A stretch of DNA of 62,630 nt, counting the filler, from Sphacelaria rigidula (taxonomy: Eukaryota): the NCBI GenBank assembly GCA_964200075.2. It is 6 parts of 6 records of this genome, joined end to end, with 100 filler letters (N's around TTAATTAATTAA, not from the genome) between each part and the next. Parts side by side here need not be neighbours in the genome. Positions count along the whole stretch, not along the records: positions 20,913 to 31,267 come from CAXNAA020006667.1; positions 31,368 to 41,722 come from CAXNAA020006668.1; 4 more parts are not named here. One strand, given 5' to 3'. Numbering within the stretch: the stretch's first letter is position 1; every line of letters begins with the position of its first letter. The notes below the pieces were generated by a model, which was not told the origin of the DNA, made no database searches, and worked only from the letters and a program-made list of their open reading frames with translations. Shown here piece by piece: positions 25,162 to 37,800 of this stretch. Both the position numbers and the translations under genes were made by a program.

Positions 25162-26409
25162 CTACATAGGAATACAGTTACAGGTGGTTGCGGACGGACA
25201 GAGGGGGAAATTTACCGAATAGAAACGCTCAGCTGACGATCGCGTTGCTATTGTGGCCAAGAAAAATCGAGGACTCATTCACCGCTAGTTCCACGCATTC
25301 GACGAACGAACGTCGTTCGAAACATTTGACATTTGGTCGGAAATTGGAGGGGGCACAGTCTCTTTTGAGCATAAGCCATTTAACAGTATTTATTGTACAA
25401 GACGTCAGCTTATTATACTGATGTACGAGTCCGAGTGATGCTACGGTAGGTGGGGCGTACTCATGATTCTGCATGTCGTAGCCTATGATGGGGGAGGGGG
25501 TATTCGAGTCCACCGAAACCAGGGTCTCATAGGTATGTCAGACGAGCTAACCACTCACGGTGCGTTTGTGTTCGGATGAAAATGACGCCAAGCGGCACGA
25601 GTGAGTGTGTCTTATTGGTAGCTTAAACGTTGCTGCTTTCAACCACAATTTGGGATGAAATTTCTTGAAAAAAATGGCCCAAAACACGCCCCCTCCCCCC
25701 CCCCCCCCTGACGGGAAGTAGACGAGGAAGAGCAACTGATGACATACGGCAGGTTGAGAGAGGGGACAGGGATGGAAATATGTTCACATGGCCGAATGGA
25801 CGCCGCGAAATTACTGAAACTGCGATTTCGGGTGAGGGATCTAGATCTGCCAGAAAGAAGAAAGAAGCATACCAATTGTCAAGTGGAGGAGGAAGTAGAT
25901 GCACAGAATTGTCCATGTTGCAAAGCAATAGAGAGTAGAACTCAAATGTTGGCAGAATGTGAACTATACAAAGAGGACCCGGACGTGCTAGAGGGAGAAA
26001 TGTGGAAAGTGAACGGAGGTGGCATGAACTCGTTGAATGCATTAGACAGTAGTGAGAAAACTGTGGCTATGCTAGGAGATAGACGGTAGCCACAGGCGTC
26101 GGAACAGGACGGGGATAAGATATGTATTTCTTTTTTGTGTAATGCATGGGAAGAAGCGAAACGAATGGCGAAATATTGGAGGTGTCTATGTAAGAAGTGG
26201 GAACGGTACTCCGTGTCGAAAGGGATACGAGGTCAATGTTCACGTTATTATGGCACGCGACATCAAGAGTACAACACCCCCCCTGCCCCCCTGTTGTAGC
26301 ATCACTGTTCCCGGCTTCAATTCTCGTGATGTTTTCATCTCACATGTTTTTTTTTTTATGCATACGCTTTTGTGAAAGCCTTGGAAATGGCACGACTGTT
26401 TCACCTCAC

Positions 26410-26552
26410 CTGCACCGCAAGCGTGTCCATCACCGCGTCAAACTTTTCGCTGCTGCGTCTTCGTTGTCTTTCATCACGTGCGACAACAGCCCCACCATTC
26501 CCCTGACTACCAACCCCGACGCCGCGACTTCCGGCTGCAGTGTGTGGTGATC
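26410..26552 (-). CDS. PP2C gene exon (SPHTAAGSRG...RRRSSEKFDAVMDTLAVQ)
   Basis: GTAG acceptor, donor CAG|GTGAGG. Phase 1 in, phase 0 out. Confidence 0.6.
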
Positions 26553-27147
26553 CTACGCAACGATTTGGTGCGTACGGTAGACGCCGGATACAAGAGAGAG
26601 AAAAAACAAGAAGCGAAACCTATAGAATATGCGACCGAATAAAAGTACAGGGGCGGCGTCCCCCACTGGGTGATATTATCTACTCGAGTAACGTTCAGTC
26701 CCGAACACAGGAGACTAACTCTTCTTGATGGCGTTCCTTTTCATTCAATATGCCAGCTCAAGTTCATTCGGCTTCGGATATTGAACATCCGTCTGAAGAA
26801 ACGTTCTTCGGGTGCATCACACAGCTTTTTTGGGCCGCACTGCACTACGCTCTATATCCTACTGTAGCCCGCGCCCGTGATGCGATCGCCGCCGCTGTAA
26901 CAAGCACAACCATGCACCACGGCGAGACCGATGATTTTCAAGTCCGCAAGCGTCACACGAGCCCACCACGATACAAACAAGAGCGATCGGTCGGTCCTGC
27001 GAGAACGCCTGCCTCGTTTCGTCATACTCTACGGAAATCAACCACTTTCAAGAACAGAATGTACTTGAACGATGTGGAAAGACAAAAGTACTTTGCACGG
27101 CACAGGAAAATCTAATGATTTGACAAAAAAAAGCGTAGCGAGATCAC

Positions 27148-27366
27148 CTTTCCCCAGCGACCCGAGATTGGTGTTTGGTGACGAACACGGATGCCCAGCA
27201 GAAACACGAACGTCTCCCGGTTCGGTCTCGAACAGGGTGTCGGCTTCACCGTCGGAAAAATCATCGCTCTCATCCATATCAGAGCATGACTCCCTGGAAC
27301 GAACGGGACGCTGCACCGTTTCAGCTGTAGAAGCGTGTGCGCTGAGCATTGGCGATGTACTAGCAC
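27148..27366 (-). CDS. PP2C gene exon (ASTSPML...DMDESDDFSDGEADTLFETE...SLGK)
   Basis: TTTGCAG acceptor, donor AAG|GTGATC. Phase 1 in, phase 1 out. Confidence 0.6.
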
Positions 27367-29200
27367 CTGCAAATAGGTGATACCAAGGGGCGCCATAGAT
27401 ACGAGTGAAAGCGCGTACACTTGCGCACGGTGGTCGAGGAAAAATAGAAAGATGCTGTAGAACTCGCTGCGAACAATCCTGCAGGAGGCTGGATAGAAAG
27501 TCTGATGCAGCGATGAGTACAGTTCGTGATCGCTGTCGGTGTGAAACACACACACACACTCACACACACATACACACACTACGTTGGGCACTAGTGACGA
27601 ACACCTGTCAATATTTGCTGCTCGTATTTAAAGTAGTTTCATTACGAGCTTTTGGTTCATTGGAATGATCAAGAACAATTTTGTCGTTTTAAAACTCGCA
27701 CCACTAGTTGTTCAGGCTGGAACAAAGATATTTGTATACCTGTGGTGCACTTTTATGAGGGGTGTTGATGTATGAAATTAAACTACGGAGGTCACTGGTG
27801 ACAATAGCTGTCGGTATCGCTTCCCCTATTGGATGAGAGTAAACACACCGAAGCTGGTAACGAAATATGATTAGTTGGGACTCGCTCAACTAACTCCATG
27901 TGTTGAACTAAAGTCTGCTTTTGCGATGGGTAAAATGCATAAAAATGTCGAAACATGCTACACTAAGTTTGATCACTAGTATCTAGAACCTGTGGATATT
28001 GATTCGCATACTGAAAGTAACACAACGAACGTGAGTGTGAAAATGAACGAAAGTGGAAATTATATTTTGGGATTTGTTCAACCTGCTGTATAGGTTGAAA
28101 GAACGTTTGTTATAGTGGAGACTCCACTTCATCAAGGGCATTGACATACCATATAGTGTACACCACAGGCGATCACTAGGAAGTAGAACCCGTGGATACA
28201 ATCGTTTTCTAGCAGTACCGAAAACTAGATATATCTTGGCGTTATTTTTTCATCCTTCCCTTCCTTTTTCTCCCTTTTTTCTGTCTTTGAGTGTGTGCGA
28301 AGGTGCTTTCGTTCTGTTAGTTGTTCTCCAATATACCCCGTCTTCTCTATATGGGCTACGGCATGCATAATCATGAGTATACCCCTTCTCGAGGTTTCTT
28401 AAAACCAGTGTTTCTGACCATATTCACCTCGGGTACGTCCATTGTGTCCCCGTGGCTGGATTTCTTAAAGAACACTTGAAGCGCGACAATCGATCAATGA
28501 ACCAACATGAAGCGTACTTCAACAACGTTGTGTGCCAAATGACCTGTAGTACTCAAGTCGTTAAACGTTAATTGAAACTAATTTGTAATGGCCGAAACGG
28601 AAGTATGATACTATTGTAGTAGCGACTACATTCATAGCGGTAAATACAGTCACTACAAAGTAGCACCTCTGAATATGCTGCCTCCAATATTGAGAATAAG
28701 TCGATGATTTTTGAGACTCGTACATCGATCGAACTGTAAAGACCGAAACAAGGGTTTGATTGTAGGGACTGTCAATACACAGCGCATACCAACCTATAAC
28801 GGCTACCACCAAGTTACACCTGCGGATATCGCTGAATGTTGAGAGCAATTCATCGAACTTCGGTACACGAATTGACCGAAAGTGAAAAATGGTCATCCGA
28901 GGCCTGTTCAAGTAATTATTAACGAACGTTTGTGGTAGCCTAATGAGTACATTTCATGACGAGTGAGATACATAATACATACTGTACCGGTCACTACTTA
29001 GTAACCCCCACGCGGACACTACTCTATAATACCTGTAGATATTGCTTTCAAAGCTGAGATTACTTCAGGGAAGGGTCCCAATAGGCGCTTTTTATCCAAA
29101 TGCTTTCTCGATCCCACGAACGGTGGTGTTAGAGAACTAAACAGCCATCGCGTAACACAGTATCTAGCACGTTGAGCAATCCGGTACATGCGTTTTTTAC

Positions 29201-29318
29201 CCGGAGGTCGCGGATGGACCTTCTCGACGCCATCGCCCCCGTCCGCTATGGACACACCCCTGAACTTTGGTCCCTCGCCGCCCTCGGTCTTCTTCTTGAA
29301 CGAACGGTACTTCCACGA
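29201..29318 (-). CDS. PP2C gene exon (SWKYRSFKKKTEGGEGPKFRGVSIADGGDGVEKVHPRPP-G)
   Basis: CCAG acceptor, donor G|GTAAAA. Phase 0 in, phase 1 out. Confidence 0.55.
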
Positions 29319-30000
29319 CTGGCGGTAAGTGCGATAACGAAACGATGCCGCACAAGAGAAAGGATGCAGCAGAGACGACGCAACACGACTCATCCTTCGG
29401 AGGTCTGAGCTATTTCGTGCTACACCACTAGAGGGCCCACGGCATCAGCATCGCCACACTCATTGCGCGTGGCACGACAGGGGCAAAGAGATCCGCGGAT
29501 TTCTGCCATCGTTGAGCATTTTCATTTGCTAACTTTTAAAAAGCTGATTTCGACGTGCAAGCTGACACACGGTTTAGTTCCGCAGCTGCGGTGACGTCGA
29601 AAGGATGCGTACGCACTAATAGTGATAGCTCTTTTTTCGGACATGGATGTGTCGAATTCACGTGAAGAACTTGTGGATGGGATCGAACGTCAGCCGTTCA
29701 ACGGCCGAGATTTTCGTGTCGGTACTCGTGGAAAATCCGCTGACGTTTGCTTTGACAGCAGCGTCGGCAATACACGCCGGAGACTGGGAAAGAGAAACAG
29801 GGTCTCTGCTGTGAAGCTCTGTGAAACGAGTGGACGGGGCGTCGCGCACCCAACCGACGGCACGCTGTCAACACAAAAGGTGAGCATTACTTTACCGTTC
29901 AGGAATGCTGTGCACGAACTATGGATTGCCCACGAAAAAGGACTGAACAGCTCAACACATGTTGTGGAACACGGGGGAGTTGAGCTTGGGAGTCGAAGGC

Positions 30001-30269
30001 GACTAATGCTACGATAGTCCCCCCCCCCCCAAAAAAAAAAGGAAAAAGTGGCTACTTTGGGGAGGCAAAATCTACAAGTAGATCGATGTGATAAAGCCGA
30101 GCACGACGAGCAGCTGGGAATTCCCACGCTTGGGTTCGTTTCCGCCAATGTCGCCTGTGCGAAGCACTTCATGCACAGCCTTGAACCAAACATCATGCGC
30201 TGTATGATCGTTTTCTTCATAACGGGTTTGGGCTGGCTTCGAAGGGGGGGGGCTATCGCAGCATTAGCC
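30001..30269 (-). mobile_element. MITE family M1 copy with a variant TIR tip
   Basis: TIR GACTAATGCTACGATAGTCCCC / GGGCTATCGCAGCATTAGCC. Perfect 4-bp flanking duplication AGGC at 29997-30000 and 30270-30273. Confidence 0.82.
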
Positions 30270-30602
30270 AGGCATTCTGCAATAATGTTTCATTACCCAA
30301 AAGCGATTTGCAAGCCGTCTGTTAACCTGAGTCTCTGAGAACGCCAGAAACCGACCAACGACTCGGTGCTCGCAGAGCGCGACATGCGTGCCGTGGTAAA
30401 TTCACGTTGTCGACATTGCAGAATGGTTGTAACTTGCGGGAGAAGGTCAAAACAATACTAGAGAAAAATATTTTTATATTTCCTGCTCCACTGTAAAAAA
30501 GGCAAGATGTTACGTCTAAAAAACTCATCAGGGAGGAAATGGTAGAACAACAACGACTACTACATGAATATACAGGCACAACGGAAAAGATCAATCAGTC
30601 AC

Positions 30603-30738
30603 CTCTTCCGTTTCACTCAAATGTCCCCGGAAGCTTCCGTGGGCCGCCAAGTTACCGTTGTTGCCCTCTCTTTCGTCCACTCTAGAAGCGCTGAAGTCGC
30701 TTGAAGCTGCCCCTTCTTCCGTGATGGATGGCTTCGGT
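30603..30738 (-). CDS. PP2C gene, N-terminal-region exon (PKPSITEEG...LSETEE)
   Basis: TAG acceptor, donor GAG|GTGACT. Phase-0 exit fits the next exon. Confidence 0.45.
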
Positions 30739-30974
30739 CTAGTTCACAGCGGCCAAGATCGGATATGCACGTTCGTCGAGCACACGTGTACACGACCCGG
30801 GATGCAAGGGCGGCGTTGATACTCCAGTGTGCACCAGTGTAACGTGCAGGTAAGTATCAGCGTGTGTTGGATGGAATGTGGAGTGGATTCCAGAGAAAGC
30901 TTCCTCTACCCTGATGTGGTACATGTACACGTACAGATCTACAGCTCGGAATGAATGGATAGGCCAGTGATGCC

Positions 30975-31200
30975 GTGAACCCCCCTCTGAGAATCACCCC
31001 AAAAACTGTCACCAAGAAAATGGCTGTACAGCGCATGATAGCAGGTTTCAGGCTGCATCAAGCGCATCATATGGGCAGCATTGGCGGAAACAATCCCAAG
31101 CGTGGGATTTCCCAGCTTTTTCAGTGTGCTCGGTTCCCGTCATTTCAACTCGCATGCAGATTTCGCTTTCTCAAACCATTCACTTTTCTGCGCGCGGGGG
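30975..31200 (+). mobile_element. Degenerate MITE family M1 copy
   Basis: CAGGCTGCATCAAGCGC...CCCAAGCGTGGGATTTCCCAGC matches the M1 body. Confidence 0.6.
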
Positions 31201-31267
31201 GGGTGTACTCATGATCATGCATGCCATAGTCGTAAGACCATTGACCTCGCATCCCTACAAAGCCGGG

Positions 31268-31367
31268 NNNNNNNNNNNNNNNNNNNNNNNNNNNNNNNNN
31301 NNNNNNNNNNNTTAATTAATTAANNNNNNNNNNNNNNNNNNNNNNNNNNNNNNNNNNNNNNNNNNNN
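31268..31367. other. Artificial contig-joining spacer
   Basis: N44-TTAATTAATTAA-N44. Confidence 0.97.
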
Positions 31368-34013
31368 GAGCAAATAATACAGACCAGAATAGCACTTTTA
31401 TCACGCAATTGATTGTATCCGAGCTTCATCTACAGCTCAGTTATAGCACACAATTTCAACACAGACCGAAACAGGCCTAAGCTTTGATCAATAAAATACA
31501 CCAGACAAACAGCAGCCCGACTACTGCTCTTATCTCTGGGACTCACTTTCTCGCGGTCTGTAGATACTCCAATGGGAAACTGGTAGTCGCAGCCAAAAAC
31601 CGGAAAGAGAAGAGAGAGTGAGCGTAGGGCTACTGTTTTGAACGCGCTTCGCCGCCCCCTAAATCAACATATCCGAGGCCATACACAATCCCAAAATGTG
31701 TGCTCGTGAATTCATGCCATGGTTGGGTCACTACCTTTTTTTTTCGAATTCAAATATATGCTCTCCGTAGAACGTCAACCTCAAGGGGTAGCGAGTTCTC
31801 CGCTAATTGAGCATGAAAATGTCACATCATTCAATGTCACTTTTGCCCAAGATCATGGCCACGTCCTGCAGTCACATCATATCACATTGAGACATTTGGT
31901 ATCTCGTAACCTACACCGTTTTGTTTTGAGCATTTCATTTTGTTTGTGACTTGCAGATTTGGATTTCGAGTCAGATATCTAAAGCGTGAATTCCACCATG
32001 AGTATACTCTCGCGAGTGTTGTCCGTCTAGGGTGCAACCAAACATTTGATAACCCGTCCGCGATTGATACTTTATGGACCCGGAAGGAATACCCCCTGAA
32101 AGAAACACGTGATATGAGAGCAGGGGGGCCGCCGTCAGCAATGGGGGGCCGCAGTTTTGTGCGGAGTGAATTATATTTTATTCTCCCCAGGGTATGATAA
32201 TGATAAAAAGAGTAATATCTGTTTTGGTAGATTCGTAATAGCTGTTCTATTCATGCAGAATAATCATGAGCTTGATTTCTCTGCATGCACTTGAATTTTG
32301 GTATACTGGGATAGATTTGTGTGAAAGAGAAATATTCCGAAGAGTTTGACGCTGAGTTCGACATTTTGGGAGTTTATTGGGCAGAGTGACGAACGAATTT
32401 TGATTTGAATGGTAGTTACTCGAGATGAATAGGACTGGCCAACCGCTTTATTTTGAGTACAACAGGTTTGAATGCTTACGGAGTTTGGTGCTATGTCCGC
32501 AATAACTCCATGATAGTGTATACGCGGTACATATTGCTGTAAAATGAGCGAATGTGCTGGGAGTTTGTTTCCCACTGACTATTCTAGGGTATGTGAAGTG
32601 AACGAGATTTCGAGGATATGTCTTTCGCGTTATGACATAATTAGATTCAAGCTTGCAGGTGTCCACTGATGTCGACTATCTCAACTATTCTAGGCGGTTG
32701 ATAGACGGTCGATATCAGGGGGGCTGATGATGTTTTCAGATGACGTGTGTCTTGGTTTTTTCGAGGATGCCGAGATGATTTCGGAAGCAAGTTTTAGTGT
32801 TCTTGTGTTATAATAGGTATAGATGCTACGGATTTTGGTATTCGAGCGTATCTCTAGTATTTTAATATTCTAGTTTGAGTTTACTTCATTTGAATTTGAG
32901 TTCCTTTCTGTACTTCACGGGCGGTACAAGTACTACTAATACTGCGAGTTTTTAATTCGCAAGTTTTATTTTTGCGTTTTTTCATTGATGAATTGTTTTG
33001 TGTGAGGTGGAATAAAAAACACAGATATGATTTTTTGCTTGAGCATGAATGCAGGATCACCATGCAAGTGTATGACAAGTGTAGGGACATGGCTAATGTA
33101 GATCGTGTTGCAGGCGATTGGTAAAATCGAATTTCACGTAGGCAGTAGCATCTGAGTGCCATGCTTACGACGTACATTTGACATATGTGATGGAGAATCG
33201 AGCCTGTTTTCAAATGTCATCATGGGAATAGAGAAGCCTGAAAATAGTGTTTACTGTTTATTGATCTTCATAATTTTTCATTCAAAGTAAATTGAGGAAC
33301 TGGTGATAATTGAGATTGCTATCCCGAGATTGAGTTGTTTTATCTGGCATACTGGCTGACGGAAGTGATTTTTGAAACGAAGCATCGAAGAATGGCGAAG
33401 AAATGAAGATATTCAGGATTTCATTTTTTCGATTGCTAAAGTATAAAAGTTTGCGAAGTATGTGTGTAGTTGGAGAGGATTTTTTTTCTCACGGGATTGA
33501 ATTTTCATTTTCAGTTTTTACTGTTGGATTCATGTTTGACGAACGTACAATAATATTATCCGTTCCGAGAATGAGGCACTTGATATCCGGTATGAAATTT
33601 TATTACTTGAGCCGAGAGTAGGGGGGCTGATCGAATATACCCACACTCAAGTATGATATACATGGTTGATTGGATTTGCATGGAGTATGTTTGTACCTCG
33701 GTTGACAGTCGGGTATGTACCTCAGTTGAGGATCGGCTATAAACGGTCAATAAGTACAGGTACTGTTTGCGACGGTTAAATTGGGCGAAAAATGAGAATA
33801 TCTCTCATGTGACACATGATAACTCCTGGTGTAGGCACGGTCGCTTGTGGTGTGTAGCAACAACCACGATTATGGTATTTTGTGTGTCCATGTAAGATTA
33901 TGGTGTTTGACGCAATTATAGGATGTGTGGTTATGTTGCGCTCGTGTGATTGATGGCTGGGAAGAGAGATGAGTTTTGCCGATTTGCGCGGTTGGGTTTC
34001 CCCACAGTATTCA

Positions 34014-34014
34014 G

Positions 34015-34049
<35 letters not shown>
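34014..34049. repeat. (GTT)12 microsatellite
   Basis: Read directly from the sequence. Confidence 0.95.
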
Positions 34050-34149
34050 ATGTTCGTCCAAGTCCGTTCCAGTCTGTACCAGTTCGTCAATATAATATGC
34101 ATCAATGAATAAATATACATCAAGGATTCTGCCTACGGGCTTCTACCAG

Positions 34150-34497
34150 ATTGACCCCTTCTGCGCCATCGTGGAGGTCCTCCCGGAGTGCCTGGATTTA
34201 CGTGCATTCAATTAAGATACGCCCATTCCGTACAGTATTCGCTCTCGACACAACATCAGTCACTGCAACCCCCCCCACCAACCCAATCATCCACAACACT
34301 TGTATCATCCACAACACTCGTACCTGTCCTCATTAAACTAACATCCTACGCAACATCGGCCACCAGCCTACCATTTCCCCGCCCACGCGGAGCTTCTGTA
34401 CGTCCAACAACAGCAACACCTCCAAGCCGCAGCCCCCCCTGCTACTGCAGCACCTCCTGCCGATGGGTTACAGCAGTGGGAACATCCACAGCCGTAA
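34150..34497 (+). CDS. Possible last two exons (34150-34201, 34367-34497) of an unknown gene: IDPFCAIVEVLPECLDL-P-YHFPAHAELLYVQQQQHLQAAAPPATAAPPADGLQQWEHPQP*
   Basis: CCAG acceptors, ACTAAC branch point at 34337, phase-compatible join and in-frame TAA. The donor C|GTGCAT is weak. Confidence 0.35.
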
Positions 34498-34598
34498 ATG
34501 GCGCGTTTCACACAAGGAGGCGAGTTTCGTCTTCGGCTTGGTAGTATTGATTTGCGTGGATGTGCCATTTTACATAATGGGCAGAATCTATCGAGTAG

Positions 34599-34894
34599 GA
34601 ACACGGGACCTTACAATTTGAGGATAGATTTGTCATTGGAGATGAGGAATCCGGACAAAAAGAATCTTCGTATCCACACCGAATCTTCGAAATATTGTTC
34701 CATTTCCTCACGTACTGATGGCTGTTGATAACTGCTACACGCATATGAACTGTGGATTTCAATCTCCAAAAGTTTGGGTTCCTAGTTGAAAAAGCAATTT
34801 CGGAAACATTTTGGCGTCCGTTCGGACACCTGAAATTCTCCAAAAATCGTTTTTCACCTAGGACCCCAACATTTCGGTGATCGAAATACAAGAA
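34599..34894. mobile_element. Foldback F1 copy whose right arm is truncated at the satellite
   Basis: Begins GAACACGGG and matches F1 through the hairpin apex. Homology stops at ~34890. Confidence 0.8.
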
Positions 34895-37800
34895 CCCGAC
34901 TGGAGATGGGAGTAAGCTGCTATGTCCAAGTCGCGACTCCGACATAGATATGCTCACCACCGGCGATTGGAATATCTGTCCGCGCTCGGCCCATGTCCCT
35001 TTCATCCACAACATAGCACCTGCAATACCCTCATACGGTCCGTGGCCATCGTTCAAGCCATCGAATGGTACAAACGGCGTTGTAGCGAGCGAGAAACGCG
35101 CCTGCCTTACGGTGCCAAAATATACCGCCGCCCGACTGGAGGTAGAAGTACGCGGCTATGTCCGAGTCGCTACATGGACATGGATTTGTTCACCACCGGC
35201 GGTTGGAATACCTGTCCGCGCTCGTCTCATGTGCCTTGCATCCACAACACAGCACCTGCAATGCACTCACACAGTCCGTGGCCATCGTTCAAGCCATGGC
35301 AAGGTGCAAACGGCGTTGTGGTGAACGAAAACACATTCCTGCTGCCGCGTGCCTTAACATACCGCCGCCCGACTGAAGGTGAACATAAGCCGCTATGTCC
35401 AAGTCGCGACTCATACAGAGATATGTTCACCACCGGCTATTGGAATATGTATCCGCGCTCGGCCCAAGCGGCTTGCATCCACAACACAGCACCTGCAATA
35501 CCCTCACACAGTCCGTGGCCATCGATCAAGCCATCGAACGGTACAAACGGCGTTGTAGCGAGCGAGAAACGCGCGTGCCTTACAGAGCCAAAATATACTG
35601 TCGCCCGACTGGAGATGGAAGTAAGCTGCTATGTCCAAGTCGCGACTCCGACATAGATATGCTCACCACAGACGATTGGAATACCTGTCCGCGCTCGGCC
35701 CATGTCCCTTTCATCCACAACACAGCACCTGCAATACCCTCACACAGTCCGTGGCCATTGTTCAAGCCATCAAACGGTACAAACGGCGGTGTAGCGAGCG
35801 AGAAACACGCCTGCCTCACAGTCCAAAAACATACCGCCGCCCGACTGGAGGTGGAAGAAAGCTGCTATGTCCAAGTCGCGACATGGACATAGATATGTTC
35901 ACCACCGGCGATTGGAATATCTGTCCGCGCTTGGCCCATGTTCCTTGCATCCACAACACAGCACCTGCAATACCCTCACACAGTCCGCGGCCATCGTTCA
36001 AGCCATCGAATGGTACAAACAGCGTTGGAGCGTGCGAGAAACGCACGTGCCTTACAGGGCTAAAATATACTGTCGCCCGACTGGAGATGGAAGTAGGCTG
36101 GTATGTCCAAGTCGAGACATGGACATAGATGTGTTTACCAATGGCGATAGGAATACCTGTCCGCGATCGGCCCATGTGCCTTGCATCCACAACACAGCAC
36201 CTGCAATACACTCACACAGTCCGTGGCCATCGTTCAAGCCATCGCAAGGTGCAAACGGCGTTGTGGAGGACGAAGCAATGTGCCTGCCGCAGCGTGCCAA
36301 GAAATACCGCCGCTCGACTGGAGGTGGACATAAGCTGCTATGTCCAAGTCGCGACATGGACATAGATATGTTCACCACCGGCGATTGGAATATCTGTACG
36401 CGCTCGGCCCATGTGCCGTGCATCGACACTACAGCACCTGCAATACCCTCACACAGTCCGTGGCCATCGGTCAAGCCAACGAACGGTACAAACGGCGTTG
36501 TAGCGAGCGAGAAACGCGCCTGCCTTGCAGAGCCAAAATATATCGCCGCCCGTCTGAAGGTGGACATGAGCTGCTATGTCCAAGTCGCGACATGGACATA
36601 GATCGGTTCACCACCGGCGGTTGGAATACCTGTCCGCGTTCGTCTCATGTGGCTTGCATCCACAACGAAGCACCTGCAATAGACTCACAGAGTCCGTGGC
36701 CATCGTTCAAGCCATCGCAAGGTGCAAACGGCGTTGTGGTGAACGAAAACATGTTCCTGCTGCCGAGTGCCAAGAAATACCGCCGCCCGACTGAAGGAGG
36801 ACATAAGCTGCTATGTCCAAGTCGCGACTCCGACATAGATATGCTCACCACCGGCGATTAATATATCTGTCCGCGCTCGGCCCATGTCCCTTGCATCCAC
36901 AATACAGCACCTGCAATACCCTCATACAGTCCGTGGCCATCGTTCAAGCATCAAACGATACAAACGGCGTTGTAGCGAGCGAGAAACGCGCGTGCCTTAC
37001 AGTGCCAAAATATACTGTCGCCCGACTGAGGTGGAAGTGAGCTGCTATGTCCTAGTCGCGACTCCGACATAGATATGCTCATCACCGGCGATTGGAATAT
37101 CTGTCCGCGTACGGCCCATGGGCCGTGCATCGGCACTACAGCACCTGCAATACCCTCACACATTCCGTGTCCCTCGTTCAAGCCATCGCAAGGTACAAAC
37201 GGCGTTGTAGCGAGCGAGAAACGCGCCGGCCTTACGGTGCCAAAATATCCCGCCGCCAGACTGGAGGTAGAAGTACGCTGCTATGTCCGAGTCGCTACAT
37301 GGACATAGATATGTTCACCACCGGCGGTTGGAATACCTGTCCGCGTTCGTCTCATGTAGCTTGCATCCACAACACAGCACCTGCAATGCACTCACACAGT
37401 CCGTGGCCATCGTTCAAGCCATCGCAAGGTGCAAACGGCGTTGTGGTGAACGAAAACATATTCCTGCTGCCGAGTGCCAAGAAATACCGCCGCCCGACTG
37501 AAGGTGAACATAAGCTGCTATGTCCAAGTCGCGACTCGGACGTAGATATGTTCACCACCGGCGATTGGAATATGTATCCGAGCTTGGCCCAAGTGGCGTG
37601 CATCCACAATACAGCACCTGCAATACCCTCACACAGTCCTTGGCCATCGTTCAAGCCATCGAACGGTACAAACGGCGTTGTAGCTAGCGAGAAACGCGCG
37701 TGCCTTGCAGAGCCAAAATATACTGTCGCCCGACTGGAGATGGGAGTAAGCTGCTATGTCCAAGTCGCGACTCCGACATAGATATGTTCACCACCGGCCG

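Noticed and set aside
31368..33790. AT-rich 2.4-kb block as a possible foreign insert
   Set aside because: No credible ORF, termini or motif could be identified, so it was left unannotated.
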